24,366 nucleotides of DNA from a virus (Duplodnaviria; Caudoviricetes), in IMG/VR virus record IMGVR_UViG_3300014208_000125, positions 1-24,366 of that record; one strand, given 5' to 3'. Positions 1 to 7,256 of this stretch are shown piece by piece. Under the pieces are notes generated by a model. That model saw only the letters and a list, made by a program, of their open reading frames with translations, was not told the DNA's origin and did no database searches. Made by a program: the position numbers and the translations under genes. Position 1 is the first letter of the stretch. Each line of letters starts with the position of its first letter.

Positions 1-1
1 A

Positions 2-226
2 GGGCCAGTGTATCAAAAGATGTACTTTTTCAGTTTTATGATATTCAGGATTAATTCCTTCATTTTCCCACACTTTTTTTAACTCCTTAATTCTGCTATA
101 CGTATTTGCTTCTCCTAAAGTATAGGCATCTATTAACATCTGTTTTATATATGCTTTTACTTCTTCGTTCTTTGAGAATGTTTTACCGCTGAATTTCACT
201 AATAATTCTTCAAGTTGAGTGTTCAT
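2..226 (-). CDS. hypothetical protein, 3'-truncated by the window edge
   Basis: ATG at 226 overlaps the TGA of the upstream ORF (ATGA); frame stays open to the edge (MNTQLEELLVKFSGK...). Confidence 0.6.
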   Translation of the reverse strand, partial: MNTQLEELLVKFSGKTFSKNEEVKAYIKQMLIDAYTLGEANTYSRIKELKKVWENEGINPEYHKTEKVHLLIHWP

Positions 227-339
227 GTTATTTTCTTATAAATTAAATAAGGGATAATCCATAAAGGGAAGGTTACAATTATAAGACCACAGGAAAAAAT
301 ATCTACTAAAAAATCCATGTCTTCTATTATTTTTTTCAT
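223..339 (-). CDS. small hydrophobic (single TM) protein, 38 aa
   Basis: Hand-translated MKKIIEDMDFLVDIFSCGLIIVTFPLWIIPYLIYKKIT; abuts the ORFs on both sides. Confidence 0.55.
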   Translation of the reverse strand: MKKIIEDMDFLVDIFSCGLIIVTFPLWIIPYLIYKKIT

Positions 340-525
340 TTATTTAATTATTAACTTCCCATCTATAAACATCTGCATAACAAAACGAGCTACCATAAAA
401 TTTACATACTGTCTTTTCTTTCCTAGTAGTTTAGAACATTCAGATTCTGTGATCTCCCCGGATATTCTTCCTCTCAGTATAGATTCTTCTTTCTTGGAGA
501 AGGTGTATTGGCTGTTAATTTTCAT
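340..525 (-). CDS. hypothetical protein, possible HTH DNA-binding
   Basis: In operon with ATGA overlap; 'GEITESECSKLLGKKRQYV' resembles a helix-turn-helix. Confidence 0.55.
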   Translation of the reverse strand: MKINSQYTFSKKEESILRGRISGEITESECSKLLGKKRQYVNFMVARFVMQMFIDGKLIIK

Positions 526-962
526 TTATTAGAGAATTTATTACATAATTTATAATGACCCTTAAAAGCTTCTTCTGCTTTGTTATAAGACATGAAGTCT
601 AAATCTTTATTTACTATTATTCTGTAAGGACAGCATGATATATCTTTTTCTGATTTTTTTGCTTTAAATACAATTGTTTCATATTTTCTATCAGCTCCAA
701 TATCTTCGCATCCGAATTTTTTCATATACGCATGGTCAAAATCATCTCCAAGTCTGTGTTTATTTTCTTTAAACCATTTTAAGTCACAAATTTCAGCGTG
801 TATTTCTCTTATTTTTCTATCTGGCCAATATTCTCCAACTGTTGAAACTATATATTTTCCGACTTTTGTTGCCATCACAAATCGGCAGTAAGAAGAATAA
901 ATAAAGTGTGCAGGGTGTGGCATCCAAACCCACTTGTCTCTTTTAATTTTCATTTGCTTCAA
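522..962 (-). CDS. hypothetical phage protein
   Basis: 146-aa ORF overlapping both neighbours in the minus-strand operon. Confidence 0.75.
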   Translation of the reverse strand: MKQMKIKRDKWVWMPHPAHFIYSSYCRFVMATKVGKYIVSTVGEYWPDRKIREIHAEICDLKWFKENKHRLGDDFDHAYMKKFGCEDIGADRKYETIVFKAKKSEKDISCCPYRIIVNKDLDFMSYNKAEEAFKGHYKLCNKFSNK

Positions 963-1422
963 GTTTATTCTTATAATATTTTATTTTCTCTTCATAAGGA
1001 AAATCCCAACCGTCTTTCTGATTCAATACGTCAAATTCGTGGTCTATTTGTTCAGTATATTTACTCCACATTTTTACCTGATATTTTCTCCAATTACCTG
1101 ATAAATTAATATTACAGTGATAACATTGGCAATTTACATTTCGTTCATCAAAGAATAGATATTTTTTACATGTTGCACCTGTTCTATAATGTCCTGCTTG
1201 AGCTGGCCATGTTTTTTTATCACAAGTTATGCAAATATATTTATCTCTTTCTCTGATAAACTTTGAGAATAATTTCCATAAATCTTCATGGAGTTTTGTT
1301 TTGGTCGGCAGTTTTTCCTTTTTTACTTTCTTTACCTTGATTATTTTCTTTTTGGATTTAATTTTTAGTTTAAAAGGTTTCTTCTTGAATCCGCTACGTT
1401 TTAATTGAGATGTTCGTTTCAT
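943..1422 (-). CDS. ninG: NinG/Rap-like recombination endonuclease
   Basis: FSKFIRERD..CITC..QAGHY..FDERNVNCQCYHCN motifs typical of NinG. Confidence 0.85.
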   Translation of the reverse strand: MKRTSQLKRSGFKKKPFKLKIKSKKKIIKVKKVKKEKLPTKTKLHEDLWKLFSKFIRERDKYICITCDKKTWPAQAGHYRTGATCKKYLFFDERNVNCQCYHCNINLSGNWRKYQVKMWSKYTEQIDHEFDVLNQKDGWDFPYEEKIKYYKNKLEANEN

Positions 1423-1907
1423 GGTCTCTTAAGTTTACCAAGTTCTTCAAGATACTCCAAGAAATTATCTGGACCTCCAAAAGGAAAAATAGTATCTCGC
1501 CATTTCTTATATTCTTTTGGATCAAGTAATTCTGTTTGATAACCTTGGTCTGTCATCCAGTCCATAACTCTTTCAAGAAAATCATTTAGCATTCCTTTTG
1601 TTGATTTTGCTACTTTCTGAGATTTTCCTTTAATCACCAAAAATTCTCCGTTAAATTCACACTTGCACCAATCTCTTACCTTTCTGACATCTTCTGAATT
1701 TCGATAATCAAGTCCTTCTTGATAGTAGGCGATCATCGTGAATATTGCACCCTCAAGAAAACCTCTTTGCTTTTTACTTTCCGGAAGCAAGGGATTTATC
1801 TCTAATCTCATTCCCTCATTCTTTTTTACAAAGTCTTTAAAACGTGCCCGATTATAATCACTTCCAAGATTTATAACACCTCCATTAATCTTTGCTAAGA
1901 AATTCAT
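1419..1907 (-). CDS. NinB/Orf-like recombination accessory protein (putative)
   Basis: Lies between SSB and ninG; 'SKKQRGFL..AI...IA' and 'STK..LNDFLERV..W' resemble NinB-like proteins. Confidence 0.5.
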   Translation of the reverse strand: MNFLAKINGGVINLGSDYNRARFKDFVKKNEGMRLEINPLLPESKKQRGFLEGAIFTMIAYYQEGLDYRNSEDVRKVRDWCKCEFNGEFLVIKGKSQKVAKSTKGMLNDFLERVMDWMTDQGYQTELLDPKEYKKWRDTIFPFGGPDNFLEYLEELGKLKRP

Positions 1908-1910
1908 AGA

Positions 1911-2141
1911 TTAAAACGGTATATCTCCCCCGGATAATTCTTCTGTCGGAGATGCTATATTCTTGGTTGTTGTTTTCTGTTCCTCTTTCTCGTCAAAAAC
2001 ATAAAAGGTTTGATTTGGGAACATATTAAGTTCAATAAACTTTTTTCCTTTATATTCAGCAAGTTTTCCAACATTTAACCAGGATACTTTTTCTGCTCCG
2101 TCTTTAGTGTATGTTTTTTTTGTGCAAATATTTTGTCTCAT
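1911..2141 (-). CDS. minimal single-stranded DNA-binding protein (putative)
   Basis: Beta-rich N-terminus, low-complexity linker, C-terminal GDIPF like the bacterial SSB tail; follows annealase and exonuclease. Confidence 0.6.
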   Translation of the reverse strand: MRQNICTKKTYTKDGAEKVSWLNVGKLAEYKGKKFIELNMFPNQTFYVFDEKEEQKTTTKNIASPTEELSGGDIPF

Positions 2142-2746
2142 TAGAAATTAATTAAGCTATTAACAATATCCTCAACTTCTTTAATTATGTTTTTTTGTTC
2201 TTCTAGGTATTGTGTTATATCTTTTTCAAAATCCTCTCTTTTGAGTTCTATTGTAAAATAATCTTTACAAGGAACTCTAGGATCATAGAATACTACTGAA
2301 AGCTTCTGTAAGTCATCATTAACAATGAAGTATTGAAGTGTTTGAAATTCATAATCTTTTGGTATCTTATTAGTTAAGTATGCTTCTAGGTGGCTTGCAG
2401 AATTTAAACACTTAACTTCGACAGCGTGTTCTCTATCAATAAATCCATCTGGAGATACTGCGATACTCTCGTCATCGTTTCTAGACCACACAACAAGGCT
2501 TGTATCTACCTCTAGACCTGTCTCTTTAGTGAATCTAACGATTGCTTCATTTTCGAGTCTGTGTCCTCTATCCATTGGATTTTCTCCGTCTGACTCATAA
2601 GAAACTCTCTCTGCTATGAGTTCGTAAAATCCTTTCTTCTTTCCAGTACCTCTTAGTGTCAAAACATCTTTCAATCTTGAACCTGTTATTTTTCCCCTTC
2701 TAGAAGCTAACCATTCTTCGTTACTATTAAATGTTGTTGTTATCAT
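2141..2746 (-). CDS. YqaJ/lambda-exonuclease family 5'-3' exonuclease
   Basis: EWLASRRGKITGS, RGHRLE, SPDG, EVKC, Q..Q motifs. Confidence 0.92.
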   Translation of the reverse strand: MITTTFNSNEEWLASRRGKITGSRLKDVLTLRGTGKKKGFYELIAERVSYESDGENPMDRGHRLENEAIVRFTKETGLEVDTSLVVWSRNDDESIAVSPDGFIDREHAVEVKCLNSASHLEAYLTNKIPKDYEFQTLQYFIVNDDLQKLSVVFYDPRVPCKDYFTIELKREDFEKDITQYLEEQKNIIKEVEDIVNSLINF

Positions 2747-3347
2747 TTTTTTTAGGTGTTAGCTTTTCTTTTAATACGTTTTTTAGGTTTTCAAATTCTA
2801 TTTTAACCTCTACTGGTAGAGCCGAGAATATTCTAGATAGTTCTTTCAAATTCTTTGCTGACTGCATCTTTATTTTATATTCGGTCATTTTTTCTTCTTT
2901 GAATTCCTCTCTAACTTCAGTAACATATCTTGAATCTTCAAATTTACCCATAAAGACATCTGTATTAAATCCAAGTTTAGATAATGCTTTTGTAACTGTG
3001 TTGGTTTCAATTTTCTTTGCAAACTCATCATCTACTTTGATGTAACCCTTTGAAGCTACTTTGTATTTAACCAATATTGCATTATGTATTTCAAATTCTC
3101 CACCCGGATAGAAAAATATTGCTTTGTAAATGCAGATAGTATTATCGTCATCTAATTTTTCTAACTTCAAATCAGTATCTTTCAATCCCCAAAAACTTCC
3201 ATATGAACCGAATTGTTCTGTCGCTACTTTGAACTGAGAATATGCGTCAATTGAGGTAATTTTTCTTCCTGATATTGTTGCCTCGCTTGTGTATTCAGGG
3301 TTAGTTTTTTCTACTTCTAACCATAATTTTAATTTATCGTTTTCCAT
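2727..3347 (-). CDS. Rad52/Sak-like single-strand annealing protein (putative)
   Basis: KTNPEYT..ITSIDA..ATEQFG.YG..WG and KK..T..VTKALSKLGFNTDVFMG; paired with the exonuclease. Confidence 0.7.
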   Translation of the reverse strand: MENDKLKLWLEVEKTNPEYTSEATISGRKITSIDAYSQFKVATEQFGSYGSFWGLKDTDLKLEKLDDDNTICIYKAIFFYPGGEFEIHNAILVKYKVASKGYIKVDDEFAKKIETNTVTKALSKLGFNTDVFMGKFEDSRYVTEVREEFKEEKMTEYKIKMQSAKNLKELSRIFSALPVEVKIEFENLKNVLKEKLTPKKNDNNNI

Positions 3348-3348
3348 T

Positions 3349-3504
3349 TTATTTACTTAATCCAATAAAAAAAGCGTCCATTTCATTACAAATATCGTCT
3401 ATGCTTGGCCCTGTAACAACTTTACCTTCTTTTCTTGCTTCGTGTTCGTATTGGGAGGCTTTGCTTCTTAGAATTGATTCCCAACGTGCTTTTAATTGTT
3501 CCAT
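3349..3504 (-). CDS. hypothetical protein, 51 aa
   Basis: Hand-translated MEQLKARWESILRSKASQYEHEARKEG...; 1-nt gaps to both neighbours. Confidence 0.6.
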   Translation of the reverse strand: MEQLKARWESILRSKASQYEHEARKEGKVVTGPSIDDICNEMDAFFIGLSK

Positions 3505-3505
3505 G

Positions 3506-3628
3506 TTATTTAATAATTACCATTCCTAGCAACTCACTTATAAAATACATAAGCACTGGTGTTGTAACTAAACTTATTAATCCAACCCATGCTAGAAACT
3601 GACGCCATGGAGTATAAATTTTATTCAT
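3506..3628 (-). CDS. small membrane protein, 40 aa
   Basis: MNKIYTPWRQFLAWVGLISLVTTPVLMYFISELLGMVIIK; tightly packed in the operon. Confidence 0.55.
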   Translation of the reverse strand: MNKIYTPWRQFLAWVGLISLVTTPVLMYFISELLGMVIIK

Positions 3629-3827
3629 TATGATATTCTAAAGCTTTTAATTCTTCATTCTCAACTTCAATTTGTTTTCTCACTTCTTCAATTCGTTCCC
3701 GATCAAACTTAATATCTTGAAATACTGCCATCAATGCTTTTAAATCTTCTTCAAGAGAAAATTCGTAATCTCTCAAGTCTTCTTTTAAATCTCTCAAGAA
3801 CTGCATCTTCTGATTATATTTACTCAT
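3621..3827 (-). CDS. small acidic coiled-coil protein
   Basis: 68-aa E/K/L-rich ORF in the operon. Confidence 0.7.
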   Translation of the reverse strand: MSKYNQKMQFLRDLKEDLRDYEFSLEEDLKALMAVFQDIKFDRERIEEVRKQIEVENEELKALEYHNE

Positions 3828-3832
3828 AGATT

Positions 3833-3964
3833 TTAATAAGCTCTAGTAAAATCTTCTATCGTTCTTGATTCTATCTCACTAAACATTCTTGATTCTTGTT
3901 GTTCTGCTAGATATTCATTTTGTCGCTCGATAACTTCTTTATAATCTTCTGTTCTATCTTCCAT
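3833..3964 (-). CDS. hypothetical acidic protein, 43 aa
   Basis: Hand-translated MEDRTEDYKEVIERQNEYLAEQQESRMFSEIESRTIEDFTRAY. Confidence 0.55.
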   Translation of the reverse strand: MEDRTEDYKEVIERQNEYLAEQQESRMFSEIESRTIEDFTRAY

Positions 3965-4130
3965 GTTGTTTTATTAAATTTTCCGTTAATAAAATAGTGT
4001 CTGCGATATTTGATAAGGCAACTTTTAAATCTTCATCAACTTCATTTGCGGTTAAATTTCCTTTTTTTATATTCGCTCCCCAACAGTTATTTATTGGCTG
4101 AAATGTAACTTCTATAAAATATGTTTTCAT
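3954..4130 (-). CDS. hypothetical protein, 58 aa, possible HicB-like N-terminal fold
   Basis: MKTYFIEVTFQPINNCWGANIKKGNLTANEVDEDLKVALSNIADTILL...; first ORF after the 4198-4226 promoter. Confidence 0.5.
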   Translation of the reverse strand: MKTYFIEVTFQPINNCWGANIKKGNLTANEVDEDLKVALSNIADTILLTENLIKQHGR

Positions 4131-4197
4131 TATGTTTCATTAATTGCTAAATAGATTTTCAAAGGTCTTTCTAAATTCTTTCGTCGGTGATATTAAT

Positions 4198-4240
4198 AGA
4201 TTAGCACAGTATGCAATACAATGCAATACATAACATGTTA
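4198..4240 (-). promoter_or_regulatory. leftward sigma70-type promoter with tandem-repeat operator
   Basis: Minus strand TTGCAT-N17-TAATCT with TGn extension; ATGCAATACA x2 at 4211-4230; palindrome TAACATGTTA at 4231-4240. Confidence 0.6.
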
Positions 4241-4249
4241 ATATCTATT

Positions 4250-4393
4250 TTACTTAACTTTGTCAAACTTAATACCTTTTAATCTGCAATTTTTACAAAT
4301 AGTTTTGTCTCCAAAGGTTAAGTAATTCTGTGAATGTTTTTTAGTTCCGGTAGTTCCGCAATTAAAACACTTATCTATTTTTTTTGCTTTCAT
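4250..4393 (-). CDS. small zinc-finger protein, 47 aa
   Basis: MKAKKIDKCFNCGTTG...TICKNCRLKG..., two CxxC motifs. Confidence 0.6.
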   Translation of the reverse strand: MKAKKIDKCFNCGTTGTKKHSQNYLTFGDKTICKNCRLKGIKFDKVK

Positions 4394-4724
4394 ACTTGTA
4401 ACTATTAAAATAATAAAAATCCACTATAACTTCTTTTGAAAGTGATATCAGAGATTTTATTTTATCCTCCATGATGTTGTTAGATTCTTGTAGTGATTTG
4501 CAATAATCACACAGGCCGATTGTTTTATGAGTTGTTCCGCATGAGCCACAGGTGTTTAATTTCTTAAAATCAACTATCTTTTTCTTTTTTGTTAAGTAAT
4601 CCATATTTATTTTAATTCTTATTAATTTCGCTCTCCTGTTTCTTGCCCATTGCTTTGAATATTCGTTTAATTTCTCACGATTCAAATCCCAATATGATTT
4701 TGTATAATCTTTAGAATTAGTCAT
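4371..4724 (-). CDS. hypothetical protein with CxxC..CxxC zinc ribbon
   Basis: CGSC..CDYC; basic N-terminal helix. Confidence 0.7.
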   Translation of the reverse strand: MTNSKDYTKSYWDLNREKLNEYSKQWARNRRAKLIRIKINMDYLTKKKKIVDFKKLNTCGSCGTTHKTIGLCDYCKSLQESNNIMEDKIKSLISLSKEVIVDFYYFNSYKYESKKNR

Positions 4725-4726
4725 AT

Positions 4727-4903
4727 CTAAACATTAAATTTATAAAATCTATTTAATCCTCTTTTAGTTTGATAAACTTCTAATTTATCGCATTTATGAA
4801 CGACAAATGTTTTTGGAGGTTGTTCTTTAACTAATTTATCAGTGCTCAAAATTACACTAATTCTGCAACCACAATTTGATGTTTTAATTATTTCTCCGAT
4901 CAT
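4727..4903 (-). CDS. hypothetical protein, 58 aa
   Basis: Hand-translated MIGEIIKTSNCGCRISVIL...; ATGA overlap with the HNH gene. Confidence 0.55.
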   Translation of the reverse strand: MIGEIIKTSNCGCRISVILSTDKLVKEQPPKTFVVHKCDKLEVYQTKRGLNRFYKFNV

Positions 4904-5292
4904 ATCTTAAGAGTTAAACTTTTATTTTCTATTTTTGTTTTTTCTTCGTGACATTTTTCACAAAGAATTTGTAAATTTGTTATTTTATTCGCTTTTTTCC
5001 CTATAATAGATAAAGGAATTATATGGTCTAAGCTTAAATTTACTATTGAAGAACATTTTATACATTTTTTTCCAAACTGTTTATATAAGATATTTTTTTT
5101 ACGTTTTGCCCATTTTGGGTTCACAGGTTCTCCTACTAATTTTCTATGTAAACGTTTTTTAATATTTTTATTAGTGAAATAATTACGATATATAGGAAGA
5201 TTTAATTTATTACATAAACGAATAAATAATCTTTTGTAATATAAACGTTTTCCAAAAATATAAATATATTTATTACTTTGCCAAAATCTCAT
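4900..5292 (-). CDS. HNH endonuclease
   Basis: CIKC..LSLDHIIP..N.ITNLQILCEKCHEEKT. Confidence 0.9.
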   Translation of the reverse strand: MRFWQSNKYIYIFGKRLYYKRLFIRLCNKLNLPIYRNYFTNKNIKKRLHRKLVGEPVNPKWAKRKKNILYKQFGKKCIKCSSIVNLSLDHIIPLSIIGKKANKITNLQILCEKCHEEKTKIENKSLTLKI

Positions 5293-5293
5293 A

Positions 5294-5473
5294 TTAAAAT
5301 TTCTTATTAAAATAATTATCGTTTTTCAATAATTTTGATTTTGTTAGTAATGTTTTAACAAACTTCCGCTTTTCTTCTTCCGTCATTTCACCTCGAACAC
5401 ATTTAATTGTCACTTTTGTTCCTGTTTTCTTCGGTTCTTCATTTTTATCGTTATTTATCATTATCCAAACCAT
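5294..5473 (-). CDS. hypothetical protein, 59 aa
   Basis: Hand-translated MVWIMINNDKNEEPKKTGTKVTIKCVRGEMTEEEKRKF...; fills the gap in the operon. Confidence 0.55.
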   Translation of the reverse strand: MVWIMINNDKNEEPKKTGTKVTIKCVRGEMTEEEKRKFVKTLLTKSKLLKNDNYFNKKF

Positions 5474-5487
5474 AGTTTTAAGTTATT

Positions 5488-6018
5488 TTATTTAGTTCTT
5501 CTATCTTCTCCTTCAAGTTTTATAATCTCGCACATTTCTGCAATTCTTGATGCAATTCTGTCTCCATATCGTTGTTGTAATTCTTCTAAATTAAGATTAG
5601 ATGTAATAAAAATATAATTTTCCATTTCATAATATCTATTAATTATCAAACCGAGAGTTTCTATCACCCAATCAGTTGTTTTTTCAGAACCTATATCATC
5701 TAAAATAAGTATCTTTTTTTCTTCATCTGATGGAAAATCATCGTTTATTAACATTTGATCTAAAAAATTACTTTTATTCTGTGTTATTGATGATTTTATT
5801 GTATATAGTAATTCCGAAAAATTACGAAAACGAGTACTACCTTTAAAATTTTCTACGGAATGAATATAAAATGCATAAGCTAAGTGTGTTTTTCCAGTGC
5901 CACATGGTCCAAAAATATAAACTCCTTTCTTGTTCTTTATTCCAATTTTAATTTTTTGTTTTATATCTTCGCTAAAATCTCCTATCTTTGCATTTATAAA
6001 TTTTTTACTTATTATCAT
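5488..6018 (-). CDS. DnaC/IstB-like AAA+ helicase loader
   Basis: Walker A GPCGTGKT, Walker B LILDDIG, ITSN, RIASRI, GEDRR; follows the replication initiator. Confidence 0.92.
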   Translation of the reverse strand: MIISKKFINAKIGDFSEDIKQKIKIGIKNKKGVYIFGPCGTGKTHLAYAFYIHSVENFKGSTRFRNFSELLYTIKSSITQNKSNFLDQMLINDDFPSDEEKKILILDDIGSEKTTDWVIETLGLIINRYYEMENYIFITSNLNLEELQQRYGDRIASRIAEMCEIIKLEGEDRRTK

Positions 6019-6682
6019 ATTTTTTATATTTACTACTATCAGCTTTTAATATATTTGTTTTGGTATCTTTATTTTTTAGTGGAAATAATCCAGTCCAACC
6101 ATTTTTTATTGATTGCTCTATTATTTCTCTATGAGTATCTTTATTCTTTTCAAGTTCTTTTAATTGCAAATCAATACTTCTTTGTGTAAGAGTTTGTTTT
6201 TTTTCTTTTCTATACAATACCCAAGAATTCCAAATTTCTTTATCTAACCAATCAGGTAAATTGCTCTTATCTAACTCTAACCTAACCTTACCTAACCTAA
6301 CCTTACCTAACCTAACCTGGGTATCCATTTGGTATCCATTTGGTATACCAAGAGAATATACTCCATCTTTTTCTTTTAATAAGTCTTTTTGTTCTTTATA
6401 AATGGTCTCAATATATCTATCGTTTCTGATATAATTATTTTCTTTCCAGTGAGTAATAACGATTACTCCAGTTTCAAATGGAATAACAAAATTTTTAGCT
6501 AATAAAACCTTTAAATCATCAGGATTTGAACCAACTATTCGTATTATTTTTTGAGGATTAACAAATCCGTCATCATCTGCATATATTCCTAAATGAAAAT
6601 ACAAATTTTGTGCTGATACTGGCATTTCTAAAAACTTCTCATCTCCTGTAACTCGTTGACTAAACATTCTTCTATTTGCCAT
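6005..6682 (-). CDS. phage replisome organizer / replication initiator
   Basis: MANRRMFS..FLEMP.SAQ.LYFHL...ADDDGFV N-terminus; W..W..YRKE..SIKNGWTGLF C-terminus; internal repeats. Confidence 0.9.
   Translation of the reverse strand: MANRRMFSQRVTGDEKFLEMPVSAQNLYFHLGIYADDDGFVNPQKIIRIVGSNPDDLKVLLAKNFVIPFETGVIVITHWKENNYIRNDRYIETIYKEQKDLLKEKDGVYSLGIPNGYQMDTQVRLGKVRLGKVRLELDKSNLPDWLDKEIWNSWVLYRKEKKQTLTQRSIDLQLKELEKNKDTHREIIEQSIKNGWTGLFPLKNKDTKTNILKADSSKYKKYDNK
6281..6350. repeat. putative replication origin iterons inside the initiator gene
   Basis: CCTAACCTTACCTAA x2 (6281-6310); GGTATCCATTT x2 (6320-6341); palindrome TGGTATACCA (6341-6350). Confidence 0.7.
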
Positions 6683-6704
6683 TGTTGTTTATTAATTAAT
6701 AAGT

Positions 6705-6741
6705 AAAACAAACGCCACCCGTGGAAGTGGGTGGCGTTTTT
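6705..6741 (-). terminator. intrinsic terminator in the 5' leader of the replication operon (potentially bidirectional)
   Basis: AAACGCCACCC / GGGTGGCGTTT 11-bp stem, 8-nt loop, T-rich tails on both strands. Confidence 0.75.
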
Positions 6742-6835
6742 CTATAACTCGGTAATCTATACTACTCTTAGAATTATAGCAAATTGACCTTCCACAATCA
6801 ACTGCTTATCAAAATATTTCAAACTCGTATCTATA

Positions 6836-6863
6836 ATTATAAACCTATTTATTTTATTGTCCA
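6836..6863 (-). promoter_or_regulatory. leftward promoter of the replication operon
   Basis: Minus strand TGGACA-N16-TATAAT. Confidence 0.6.
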
Positions 6864-6869
6864 GATAGT

Positions 6870-6878
6870 TTATCCACA
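6870..6878 (+). promoter_or_regulatory. DnaA box
   Basis: Exact consensus TTATCCACA, 6 nt from the -35 of the replication promoter. Confidence 0.6.
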
Positions 6879-6883
6879 CCCAC

Positions 6884-6918
6884 AATAAAACCCACTTTAT
6901 CCCCTAAAGGAGTGGGTT
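6884..6918 (-). terminator. intrinsic terminator
   Basis: AACCCACT / AGTGGGTT stem followed on the minus strand by a T-rich tail. Confidence 0.55.
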
Positions 6919-6994
6919 AAATTGCGTTTTCTAAATGACATCATAAGAGACATTCATTCACTTATAATGTTATTTTGTGTGCGTGATTAAGCAC

Positions 6995-7023
6995 TTGCAA
7001 TAGTCTAGCACAAGTACTATAAT
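6995..7023. promoter_or_regulatory. overlapping divergent promoters
   Basis: Plus: TTGCAA-N17-TATAAT. Minus: extended -10 TGcTAGACT at 7002-7010. Confidence 0.6.
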
Positions 7024-7182
7024 TTAAGATAGTATCATCGTGTTCACAAAATTTTAATATTGAAATAGAACTCTCGATAATACATTTTAGCCGGGCTTCT
7101 TATCTGAAGTTTCATTAGTTATAAAATATGGTATGGATAATCCCAGCCGGATATAGTAACAAAATCAATAAGCAGTCTAAAT

Positions 7183-7253
7183 GAAGATTTAGTTTAGTGG
7201 TAGGACAATAGTCTCCAAAACTATTGGCAGAGGTTCGATTCCTCTAATCTTAG
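7183..7253 (+). tRNA. trnW: tRNA-Trp (CCA)
   Basis: Full cloverleaf: D stem GTTT/GGAC, anticodon arm ATAGT-CTCCAAA-ACTAT, T arm AGAGG-TTCGATT-CCTCT, G73; G1:A72 mismatch; CCA not encoded. Confidence 0.92.
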
Positions 7254-7256
7254 CAA

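Noticed and set aside
317-6189. Plus-strand ORFs 317-532, 906-1109, 2731-3045 and 5884-6189
   Set aside because: Antisense shadows of well-supported minus-strand genes with F/L/I/S-biased composition.
6281-6317. Telomere-like TTAGG repeats
   Set aside because: They encode the VRLGK linker of the initiator and are internal to a phage gene.
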